From a virus (Duplodnaviria > Heunggongvirae > Uroviricota > Caudoviricetes), in IMG/VR virus record IMGVR_UViG_2690316028_000004, positions 1 to 23,379 of that record: a stretch of 23,379 bases of DNA. The stretch is one strand, 5' to 3'. Every line of letters begins with the position of its first letter. Position 1 is the first letter of the stretch. The notes beneath the pieces were generated by a model, which was not told the DNA's origin, searched no databases, and saw only the letters and a program-made list of their open reading frames with translations. The position numbers and the translations under genes are program-made. This document shows, in pieces, positions 8,530 to 15,935 of this stretch.

Positions 8530-9363
8530 TCAGCAATTGGTCAGAGTGTCAGCGGGGGCGTTACCGCCTGTTGCACGCTGGCGGTAGTCCTGGCGGCTGT
8601 CTTCATGACTCAGCTTATTCACCAGTTCGTTAAAGGCGGTTTGCTGCTCCTGCAGAGCAGTCTCCAGCTCAGACAGGCGTTCTTCCTGCTCAGACAGGGA
8701 TTTTTCGGTGCGTGCGCTCAGGTTCTGCTGCTCAGTGGCGACCAGCTCCACGGCCTTATGCACATCAGAGAACCGGGCGTCATCGGACTGCTCTTTTTTG
8801 GTAAACAGCGCCGTGACACGGGCAAACAGGGACGGCTTGTCCTCCTGGATTTCTTCCAGTTCGATCACCGTTTCCTCTGCAGCGGTAAAGAGATTGGCAG
8901 GATTCTGCTTGCGGTTTGCCAGCGGGTTATGGGCTGCACTGGCGCTGAATGTCAGCATTTCCGTACCCAGACTGGCAGGGTCATCAGTGGCAGCCAGGCC
9001 GACCAGGTAGGCTTTGCCCGTATCAGCGAACTTCGGGCTGACTTCCATAGAGGTGAATAATTTCTGGCCTTTTTTCACCAGTTCCACCAGGGACTCCGTT
9101 GGCTCAACGTCGGCATACAGCGCCATCTTGCCTGCCAGCGGACCTTCCGTGATTTCTTCAGCAAACAGCGCCGTCACCTTGCCGTAGCGGTTAAAGGTGC
9201 TGTCCGGCAGATAAGACTTGATGTGCTCAAGGTTAATCAGCGCGGTATACACCGCCGGGTTGTAGCTGGCTGCCATCTGTTCCAGCCATTCACGCTGGAT
9301 TTCGCGTCCGTCGGTGGTGGCACCTTCCACCCCGATGCGAAAACGCTTTGCTTTCACTGTCAT
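8530..9363 (-). CDS. O: Capsid scaffolding protein O
   Basis: 277-aa ORF, first gene of the minus-strand head operon, divergent from P. Confidence 0.85.
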   Translation of the reverse strand: MTVKAKRFRIGVEGATTDGREIQREWLEQMAASYNPAVYTALINLEHIKSYLPDSTFNRYGKVTALFAEEITEGPLAGKMALYADVEPTESLVELVKKGQKLFTSMEVSPKFADTGKAYLVGLAATDDPASLGTEMLTFSASAAHNPLANRKQNPANLFTAAEETVIELEEIQEDKPSLFARVTALFTKKEQSDDARFSDVHKAVELVATEQQNLSARTEKSLSEQEERLSELETALQEQQTAFNELVNKLSHEDSRQDYRQRATGGNAPADTLTNC

Positions 9364-9441
9364 GAGCCGTGCTCCGTTAGAAAAAACTTACTGGAGCCTT
9401 ATGGTTGCGGTGATGGGGGCAGTGAAACAATGCGCGGTATT

Positions 9442-9459
9442 TGTACCGACAACCACACA
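9442..9459. promoter_or_regulatory. Candidate Ogr/Delta-type activator dyad (TGT-N12-ACA) in the divergent O/P late promoter region
   Basis: TGTACCGACAACCACACA lies in the 142-bp gap between divergent O and P. Its centre is about 55 bp from the P start codon, the same spacing seen for the V-proximal dyad. Confidence 0.4.
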
Positions 9460-9505
9460 AACCGCAGGCGGGGAAAGCCTTCATTCAAGGCTGTAGGTTT
9501 GTGCC

Positions 9506-11272
9506 ATGAACACCACACTGACACCCGCAGATCTCGATCCCCGTCGGCAGGCCATGCTGCTGTACTTTCAGGGATACCGCGTAGCCCGCATTGCTGAAAT
9601 GCTGGGCGAGAAAGTTGCAACCGTTCACAGCTGGAAAAAACGCGACAAGTGGGGTGACTATGGGCCGCTGGATCAGATGCAGCTCACCACCGCCGCACGC
9701 TACTGCCAGCTCATTATGAAGGAGCACAAAGAAGGGAAAGATTTAAAAGAGATTGACCTGCTGGCGCGCCAGTCGGAGCGCCACGCGCGGATCGGCAAGT
9801 TTAACAATGGCGGCAACGAAGCCGACTTAAACCCTAACGTCGCCAACCGCAACAAAGGCCCGCGCCGTCAGCCGGAAAAGAATGTTTTCACCGATGAGCA
9901 GATTGAGAAGCTGGAAGAAATCTTCCATTCCTCCATGTTCAACTACCAGCGCCACTGGTGGGAAGCCGGAAAAGCCAACCGCATCCGCAACCTGCTGAAG
10001 TCACGCCAGATCGGCGCGACCTTTTACTTTGCCCGTGAAGCCCTGATTGACGCCCTGCTTACCGGACGTAACCAGATTTTCCTTTCCGCCAGCAAGGCAC
10101 AGGCCCACGTCTTTAAGCAGTACATCATCGACTTCGCCAAAGAAGTGGAGGTGGAGTTGAAAGGCGATCCGATGGTGCTTCCTAACGGGGCCACGCTTTA
10201 CTTCCTCGGCACCAATGCCCGCACTGCCCAGAGTTATCACGGCAACCTGTATCTGGATGAATATTTCTGGATACCGAAATTCCAGGAGCTGCGCAAAGTG
10301 GCTTCCGGTATGGCTATTCACAAAAAATGGCGACAAACCTATTTTTCCACGCCATCCAGCCTGACTCACAGTGCTTATCCGTTCTGGTCCGGTGCGCTGT
10401 TCAATCGTGGGCGCAACAAAGCCGATAAGGTGGACATCGACCTGTCCCACAGCAATCTGGCCCCCGGCCTGCTGTGCGCAGACGGGCAGTACCGCCAGAT
10501 AGTCACTGTGGAAGATGCGGTGCGCGGCGGCTGTAACCTGTTCGACCTCGACCAGTTGCGCATGGAGTACAGCCCGGACGAATACCAGAACCTACTGATG
10601 TGCGAGTTTGTGGACGATCTCGCGTCCGTGTTTCCGCTCAGCGAGCTGCAGGCGTGCATGGTGGACAGTTGGGAAGTCTGGACCGACTTTCATGCTCTGG
10701 CCCTGCGCCCGTTTGGCTGGCGCGAAGTGTGGATCGGTTATGACCCGGCAAAAGGTACGCAGAACGGCGACAGCGCCGGATGCGTGGTGGTGGCACCGCC
10801 AGCCGTGCCGGGCGGTAAGTTTCGCATTCTTGAGCGTCACCAGTGGCGCGGGATGGACTTCCGCGCCCAGGCTGACGCAATCAAAAAACTGACCGAGCAG
10901 TACAACGTGACCTACATCGGCATCGACTCAACCGGCGTTGGTCACGGGGTTTACGAGAACGTGAAAGCGTTCTTTCCTGCCGTCCGGGAGTTTGTCTACA
11001 ACCCCAACGTTAAAAACGCCCTGGTACTCAAGGCCTACGACATTATCAGCCACCGCCGTCTGGAGTTTGACGCCGGACATACCGACATTGCGCAGTCATT
11101 TATGGCAATCCGTCGCGCCACCACCGCCAGTGGCAACCGCCCGACCTATGAAGCCAGCCGCAGCGAAGAAGCCAGCCACGCCGATCTGGCATGGGCAACG
11201 ATGCACGCACTGTTTAACGAACCGCTGCAGGGCGAATCCGCCAATACCAGCAATATTGTGGAGATTTTTTGA
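9506..11272 (+). CDS. P: Terminase large (ATPase) subunit P
   Basis: 588-aa ORF, close to P2 gpP length, divergent from O and overlapping the Q start. Confidence 0.9.
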   Translation: MNTTLTPADLDPRRQAMLLYFQGYRVARIAEMLGEKVATVHSWKKRDKWGDYGPLDQMQLTTAARYCQLIMKEHKEGKDLKEIDLLARQSERHARIGKFNNGGNEADLNPNVANRNKGPRRQPEKNVFTDEQIEKLEEIFHSSMFNYQRHWWEAGKANRIRNLLKSRQIGATFYFAREALIDALLTGRNQIFLSASKAQAHVFKQYIIDFAKEVEVELKGDPMVLPNGATLYFLGTNARTAQSYHGNLYLDEYFWIPKFQELRKVASGMAIHKKWRQTYFSTPSSLTHSAYPFWSGALFNRGRNKADKVDIDLSHSNLAPGLLCADGQYRQIVTVEDAVRGGCNLFDLDQLRMEYSPDEYQNLLMCEFVDDLASVFPLSELQACMVDSWEVWTDFHALALRPFGWREVWIGYDPAKGTQNGDSAGCVVVAPPAVPGGKFRILERHQWRGMDFRAQADAIKKLTEQYNVTYIGIDSTGVGHGVYENVKAFFPAVREFVYNPNVKNALVLKAYDIISHRRLEFDAGHTDIAQSFMAIRRATTASGNRPTYEASRSEEASHADLAWATMHALFNEPLQGESANTSNIVEIF

Positions 11273-12309
11273 TGGGAAAGAGTAAGAAGAACCGAGCTGC
11301 GGCGACGAAACAGATCCAGCTTAAAAGTCAAACTACAGCCGAAGCATTCAGCTTCGGCGATCCCGTTCCTGTTCTGGACCGCCGTGAACTGCTGGACTAT
11401 GTGGAATGCGTACAGATGGACCGTTGGTATGAGCCGCCCGTCAGCTTTGACGGACTGGCGCGCACCTTCCGCGCCGCCGTGCATCACAGTTCCCCGATTG
11501 CAGTAAAGTGCAACATTCTGACCAGTACCTATATCCCTCATCCGCTGCTCAGCCAGCAGGCTTTTTCGCGTTTTGTGCAGGACTATCTGGTATTTGGTAA
11601 CGCCTACCTGGAGAAACGCACGAACCGATTCGGTGAAGTTATCGCCCTTGAGCCTGCCCTGGCAAAATACACCCGACGTGGATTAGACCTGGATACCTAC
11701 TGGTTTGTGCAATACGGCATGACAACGCAACCGTATCAGTTCACGAAAGGCAGCATTTTTCACCTGATGGAACCGGATATCAACCAGGAGATCTACGGCC
11801 TGCCCGGTTATCTTTCTGCCATTCCGTCAGCCCTGCTCAACGAGTCCGCCACGCTGTTCCGTCGAAAGTATTACATTAACGGCAGTCATGCAGGCTTCAT
11901 CATGTACATGACCGACGCCGCGCAGAACCAGGAGGATGTAAACAACCTCCGTAACGCGATGAAAAGCGCCAAAGGACCAGGTAACTTCCGCAATCTGTTT
12001 ATGTACTCGCCTAACGGCAAAAAGGACGGACTTCAGATCATCCCATTGTCAGAAGTCGCGGCGAAGGATGAGTTTCTGAATATCAAAAATGTCAGCCGCG
12101 ATGACATGATGGCAGCGCACCGTGTGCCACCGCAAATGATGGGGATTATGCCGAATAATGTTGGGGGGTTTGGGGATGTGGAGAAGGCAAGCCGTGTATT
12201 CGTCCGAAATGAGCTAATGCCACTACAAAAGCGATTACAGGAGATGAATGATTGGCTTGGCAAGGAGGCGATACGGTTTGATACCTACTCGCTAGATATA
12301 GCCCCATAA
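11269..12309 (+). CDS. Q: Portal protein Q
   Basis: 346-aa ORF, close to P2 gpQ length, with ATGA overlap to P. Confidence 0.9.
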   Translation: MMGKSKKNRAAATKQIQLKSQTTAEAFSFGDPVPVLDRRELLDYVECVQMDRWYEPPVSFDGLARTFRAAVHHSSPIAVKCNILTSTYIPHPLLSQQAFSRFVQDYLVFGNAYLEKRTNRFGEVIALEPALAKYTRRGLDLDTYWFVQYGMTTQPYQFTKGSIFHLMEPDINQEIYGLPGYLSAIPSALLNESATLFRRKYYINGSHAGFIMYMTDAAQNQEDVNNLRNAMKSAKGPGNFRNLFMYSPNGKKDGLQIIPLSEVAAKDEFLNIKNVSRDDMMAAHRVPPQMMGIMPNNVGGFGDVEKASRVFVRNELMPLQKRLQEMNDWLGKEAIRFDTYSLDIAP

Positions 12310-12313
12310 TAAG

Positions 12314-12337
12314 AAAAGCCACCGTTTGGTGGCTTTT
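12314..12337. terminator. Bidirectional intrinsic terminator between convergent Q and the cargo operon
   Basis: AAAAGCCACC-GTTT-GGTGGCTTTT is a perfect 10-bp stem with a 4-nt loop, flanked by A-run and T-run, lying between the Q stop (12309) and the minus-strand stop at 12344. Confidence 0.8.
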
Positions 12338-12343
12338 CTTCAT

Positions 12344-13084
12344 TTACTCAATAGGTTCAAACTCATCTTGAGGAATCAGCGTCGATTGACAGGCTTGGCT
12401 TAGTACCCCTGATAATTTACATAATAACCGATAGTTATGAGGAGCATCATCGCTAATCTTTTCGACCGTTAAAGTGATTGATTTTGGATCATCCAATAAC
12501 ATCTTCTTGATGTCATTACTTAAATACCTAGGGCAGTAACCAACGATTTCAGCTGGTTTATCTGCACGAACGACAACAGCATCCCCATCGTATTCATTTT
12601 GAAGATCCAAGCAAAGACGCAAAATTTGCCCCGGTTTCAATTCAGATACACGAGCATTAGCTAAGCTATTCAAGTAACCAAGTCCATGTAAGAAGAAAAA
12701 ATGCTCAAAGTTACCATCAGAATCAAAATCAATTTTTTTGAAAATCTGCAGCTGATCAGTGCTTCGTAAGCCTCCCGAGCGAGCAAGAATATCGATAGGA
12801 TTTACCTTATCTTCTTCAAATCCAAGCCATTTAATGAAACTCGGATACTCTGGACGTCTCGGTGATAAAAGGCGATTTTTAAAAAGAGGAAACAATTCTT
12901 CCGATACATAAGTTTCACGAACATCACTCATGCCGCTAAACTTTGTAAATTTAGAAGATTTAAGAGCACCTTTGGTATACCTGAAAACATACCCCGATTT
13001 GCGCTCTTGCAAGTTACCAACAACATGCCAGTCTCTGGTATCTGGTGCCTGCCATGCGACGTAAACGGAGTTTGTATTAGTCAT
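12344..13084 (-). CDS. Protein with HipA-N/HipS-like N-terminal region fused to a C-terminal HIRAN domain
   Basis: N-terminus: VVGNLQERKSGYVFRYTKG and LFPLFKNRLLSPRRPEY resemble the HipA N-terminal/HipS pattern. C-terminus: HGLGYL...ELKPGQILRLCLDLQNEYDGDAVVV...EIVGYCPRYLSNDIKKMLLDD fits the HIRAN motif layout. AT-rich; start overlaps the stop of the upstream kinase (ATGA). Confidence 0.6.
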   Translation of the reverse strand: MTNTNSVYVAWQAPDTRDWHVVGNLQERKSGYVFRYTKGALKSSKFTKFSGMSDVRETYVSEELFPLFKNRLLSPRRPEYPSFIKWLGFEEDKVNPIDILARSGGLRSTDQLQIFKKIDFDSDGNFEHFFFLHGLGYLNSLANARVSELKPGQILRLCLDLQNEYDGDAVVVRADKPAEIVGYCPRYLSNDIKKMLLDDPKSITLTVEKISDDAPHNYRLLCKLSGVLSQACQSTLIPQDEFEPIE

Positions 13085-13995
13085 TCTAGTAACCTTCTGC
13101 GATTTTCCATTACCATTAACGTTGCAAATCTACGTGCACTGTCGGATATACACGATGAAGGCACTTGGTTAAACACATCTGTAATGGAATCTTCTGTTAA
13201 AACGCTCAACTTACCTAACCAATGGTCGCGAGCGGCAACTCTCCCTTCAACTGCATGTTGAAATGCTTCAACAGTCAGCAAGGGCTTTTTATCAGTTTTT
13301 GCTTTGAATAGCTCAGAGCGAGCTTTTCTTACAAAACATGGGATTTGTCGATTTTTATCTTTAGTATTAAGCCGTTCGTTACGCTCATCATCTAACATCT
13401 CCCTTCCTAAACTAGCGGCATGATCGTATGTTGGACACAAAAACTGCTCACCAGTTTCATTGTTAAGCATGATTGCCCAATTTTCATGGTGGCGATCTTG
13501 ATTACTCACAAGTGCATCGAGCATCAAATATCCACAAAATACATCTGCTGCATTTAGCCCGGTTAGATCATATACACTCGGAGGAGGCTTGATAGATTCC
13601 CTATCTAAACAACCCAAGACCCTTGTGACAGTGTGTTCTCTGACCCTTACCGGCTTTTCCCCGGCTTGTAAAGGCCCAGGATAATCGAATGTCGAACTGT
13701 GAAGCACTTCATTTCCCATTACCATCCGGAAACCAGATGGAATGATATTCTGAGTCACCACACCGAATCGACCATTGTATCGCGCCAAATCATAGCTAGC
13801 ATGTGGAATGTTAAGCAAATGACATAACTCAGCAGCACACTTTTCAGACCAATGCTCGCCAGTACCTGGCCTAGAGTACTTAAACAACTGCAAATTTACA
13901 GTGTCATCGGAGAAATAGAACCAAAACTTCTCTTTGGTTCCTAACTGTTCAAGATCGTTAGCTACGGGGCTAAGCTCTACCAATTGGTATGGCAT
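13081..13995 (-). CDS. HipA-like Ser/Thr kinase core (HipT-like, lacks the HipA N-subdomain)
   Basis: 304 aa with a Gly-rich GTKEKF loop near the N-terminus, a catalytic-loop-like LDALVSNQDRHHENW and a downstream PTYDH, matching the HipA_C motif arrangement. AT-rich; first gene of a two-gene minus-strand operon. Confidence 0.6.
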   Translation of the reverse strand: MPYQLVELSPVANDLEQLGTKEKFWFYFSDDTVNLQLFKYSRPGTGEHWSEKCAAELCHLLNIPHASYDLARYNGRFGVVTQNIIPSGFRMVMGNEVLHSSTFDYPGPLQAGEKPVRVREHTVTRVLGCLDRESIKPPPSVYDLTGLNAADVFCGYLMLDALVSNQDRHHENWAIMLNNETGEQFLCPTYDHAASLGREMLDDERNERLNTKDKNRQIPCFVRKARSELFKAKTDKKPLLTVEAFQHAVEGRVAARDHWLGKLSVLTEDSITDVFNQVPSSCISDSARRFATLMVMENRRRLLE

Positions 13996-14088
13996 CTGAC
14001 ATCCCTGTTTAGCGGATTATGAATAAGTTAGGTTCCATTTTATCCAAACATTGTCAAATACCCTAAGATTTATTAGATGATAGAGCGA

Positions 14089-14108
14089 TACTGTATGTAT
14101 GTCCAGCA
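14089..14108. promoter_or_regulatory. Weak candidate LexA-box-like dyad upstream of the kinase operon
   Basis: ATACTGTATGTATGTCCAGC has CTG-N10-CAG spacing and an AT-rich centre, about 95 bp upstream of the kinase start codon. It is imperfect (CCAG rather than ACAG). Confidence 0.25.
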
Positions 14109-14147
14109 ATCAAATCAATATATAACTCTTATATGGCTTAACGCGCG

Positions 14148-14166
14148 CTCGTATCCCCGCCACGCC
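14148..14166 (-). other. cos: cos-like cohesive end site
   Basis: The reverse complement reads GGCGTGGCGGGGATACGAG, matching the first 13 nt of the 19-nt P2/186 cohesive end as I recall it (GGCG[A/T]GGCGGGGAAAGCA...). It lies in the non-coding AT-rich gap on the 3' side of Q. Confidence 0.5.
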
Positions 14167-14552
14167 TGCCCGCTTTATGTAGTGGTTTTCATGCACTTGC
14201 ATGACATAAACAAAAGCCCGCCATTCCTGGCGGGCCTCAACTAAAACGATCCTCAAACGATCATGCGAATTCATGCGGCATAGACATGCATTGTTGCTTT
14301 ATCGATCTTTTCTTACTTCAAGTGAGTCCTTATGGCCTCCTGTCCACCTTGCGCTGCGCGTTCCCCCTGCCTCCCTTTGTCATAACTTAGATTTAATCCT
14401 CATAAATCAAGAGGTACTACACAAAGTACCAACTCACAACACTCAACAAACAGCCAATAATGAGCATAATACTAACTTGACTACTCCATAAAAAAATACG
14501 TAAACTACATTCATCAACAGTATTTCTCTAAAAAAGACGGGGTCACAATTCA

Positions 14553-15083
14553 ATGGCTACTACCAACTGTATTACTGTACTTACTGCTCGTGGTTTAACA
14601 GAGATTTTGAACACAGGGGGAAGCCAAGCATGGAGACTTGACGCCAGCCATGCAGCTAAGCACGAATATTTAGTTTGTGTACAAAATTCGAGAAAGGACT
14701 GGGGATCACAAGAAGCAAAACATCATCATGCTTTTATGATCGGTCGAATCTCGGGAGTAAGCAGGGCTCCAGAAAACCCTAAACGCTGGATCATAAACAT
14801 CAATTCTTATGCTGAAATTGACATCCCAGGACAATGGGATGGCAATCGGAATCCCGTTTCTTATCGCAACCTCAAAGACATTGGCATTGAGGCTGACAAG
14901 TTGGAATTTAAAGCTCTTCCCAAATTAACCCCGACTAATTCGATTGTCGATCAAGCGGGTGATGAGTACGAAGAAGAAGAAGAAAATGTAGTTAAGCCGT
15001 TAACACTTCAGGAGGCAAAAGCAGGGCTAGCCCTATACTTTGGTGTTAATGAAGAAAATATTCAAATAACTATACAAGGTTAA
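14553..15083 (+). CDS. Hypothetical protein (176 aa, acidic C-terminal stretch) at the old/tin-equivalent cargo position
   Basis: ORF in an AT-rich island between cos and the SOS operon, on the strand opposite its neighbours. No motif recognised with confidence. Confidence 0.6.
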   Translation: MATTNCITVLTARGLTEILNTGGSQAWRLDASHAAKHEYLVCVQNSRKDWGSQEAKHHHAFMIGRISGVSRAPENPKRWIININSYAEIDIPGQWDGNRNPVSYRNLKDIGIEADKLEFKALPKLTPTNSIVDQAGDEYEEEEENVVKPLTLQEAKAGLALYFGVNEENIQITIQG

Positions 15084-15304
15084 GGCTTTTAAACCGGCAT
15101 AAGTGGCCATTACTTTTCGTTCGAAGTGGCGCTTCCGGTCTAACAAGCATCTAATAGGATTTTCGTATCTATCACAAATCCCAAAAGGTAATTTGCAGCC
15201 CATCATACGTAGCAAAACTAACGTTCGGTTAAATCTGAGCGGAAGTGAAAATAATGGTTACTGTATTTTACCCCATGACTAATGCCCCACTAAACTAGTT
15301 GTTC

Positions 15305-15347
15305 AACGTTGCTGACGTCAGAAGCAAGTTCAGACGCCAGCAACGTT
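15305..15347. terminator. Long inverted repeat / candidate bidirectional terminator between convergent genes
   Basis: AACGTTGCTGACGTC ... GACGCCAGCAACGTT forms a 15-bp stem with one G-U-compatible mismatch and a 13-nt loop, followed by TTTCTT on the plus strand. It lies between the 176-aa gene and the DinI-like gene. Confidence 0.5.
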
Positions 15348-15349
15348 TC

Positions 15350-15583
15350 TTAATGCAGCCAGCTGTCGTCTTCCCACACTTTCTGCATAATTTTCATCAC
15401 TTGCTTCCTTTCTTCGTCCAGTTGCAGTCCGGTCAGTTCCACACCGTTAGAGCTACCTTTGCGGATGCGAATTACCGTTTTTGGATATAGGGGGCGCAGA
15501 TTGCGGTAAAGCTCGTATTCAAGGGCGTCCAGGGTAGACTGGCTAATCTTCTGCTCTTTATCGATCATTATTTCAATGCGCAT
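15350..15583 (-). CDS. DinI-family protein (SOS-regulated; possible Tum-like antirepressor component)
   Basis: 77 aa beginning MRIEIMIDK... and ending ...VWEDDSWLH, matching the DinI pattern (MRIEV...W at the C-terminus). Downstream of a LexA-box promoter. Confidence 0.75.
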   Translation of the reverse strand: MRIEIMIDKEQKISQSTLDALEYELYRNLRPLYPKTVIRIRKGSSNGVELTGLQLDEERKQVMKIMQKVWEDDSWLH

Positions 15584-15594
15584 AAAAAGTCACC

Positions 15595-15783
15595 TCAACT
15601 GATGACATCCATTGAGCGGTTGTATTCATGGGTTCTGATTTTTGCCATGAGTTCATCAGTTAATTCAGAAACCCACTGCAGAGCCAGCCCCTTCTCTTCA
15701 TCACTACACTCACTAGCCGCTACAAGCTTAAGAAAAAAATCAATGCGCTGGAGCTTCAAAGACTCCAAAAAATAGTCCTGCAT
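15595..15783 (-). CDS. Small hypothetical protein, first gene of the SOS operon
   Basis: 62-aa ORF directly downstream of the LexA-box promoter and 11 bp upstream of the DinI-like gene, in a different frame. Confidence 0.5.
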   Translation of the reverse strand: MQDYFLESLKLQRIDFFLKLVAASECSDEEKGLALQWVSELTDELMAKIRTHEYNRSMDVIS

Positions 15784-15810
15784 CTTTCCTCCTATGACAC
15801 CAAAGCAATA

Positions 15811-15866
15811 CTGTATACATAACCACTGTTTATATTTACAGTATATAATAATCTTACTGATGTAAA
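15811..15866 (-). promoter_or_regulatory. SOS promoter with LexA operator (p95/tum-like)
   Basis: Perfect CTGT-N8-ACAG at 15826..15841 (CACTGTTTATATTTACAGTAT) and an adjacent half-site (CTGTATACAT at 15811). On the minus strand TTTACA (-35), a 15-nt spacer and TATACT (-10) overlap the box. Confidence 0.7.
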
Positions 15867-15935
15867 ACGTTTTTTTACGTTCATCGGCCTGATATTCCTG
15901 GTATTATTAAGAGCACGAATTGTTAACCCGCGTAA

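Noticed and set aside
7122-8633. 503-aa plus-strand ORF
   Set aside because: Lies entirely antisense to the major capsid (N) and terminase small subunit (M) genes, whose identity is well supported. Long shadow ORFs are expected in GC-rich coding DNA.
9500-9517. Second TGT-N12-ACA match (TGTGCCATGAACACCACA)
   Set aside because: It overlaps the P start codon, and the bare pattern is expected several times by chance in 23 kb; unlike the sites at 3534 and 9442 it shows no additional dyad symmetry.
9223-9727. ORFs spanning the O/P intergenic region (9223..9597 +, 9399..9620 -, 9485..9727 -)
   Set aside because: They run through the divergent late-promoter region and into the starts of O or P in wrong frames or orientations; there is no RBS support and they conflict with the conserved operon layout.
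12033-12343. Minus-strand ORFs 12033..12263 and 12146..12343
   Set aside because: Antisense to the 3' end of portal gene Q and upstream of the bidirectional terminator; most likely shadow ORFs.
14212-14238. GC-rich hairpin GCCCGCC-ATTCCT-GGCGGGC near cos
   Set aside because: It could be a minus-strand terminator, since a T-rich tract follows on that strand, but no minus-strand gene ends nearby. It may instead be part of the cos/terminase recognition region, so I did not call it as a feature.
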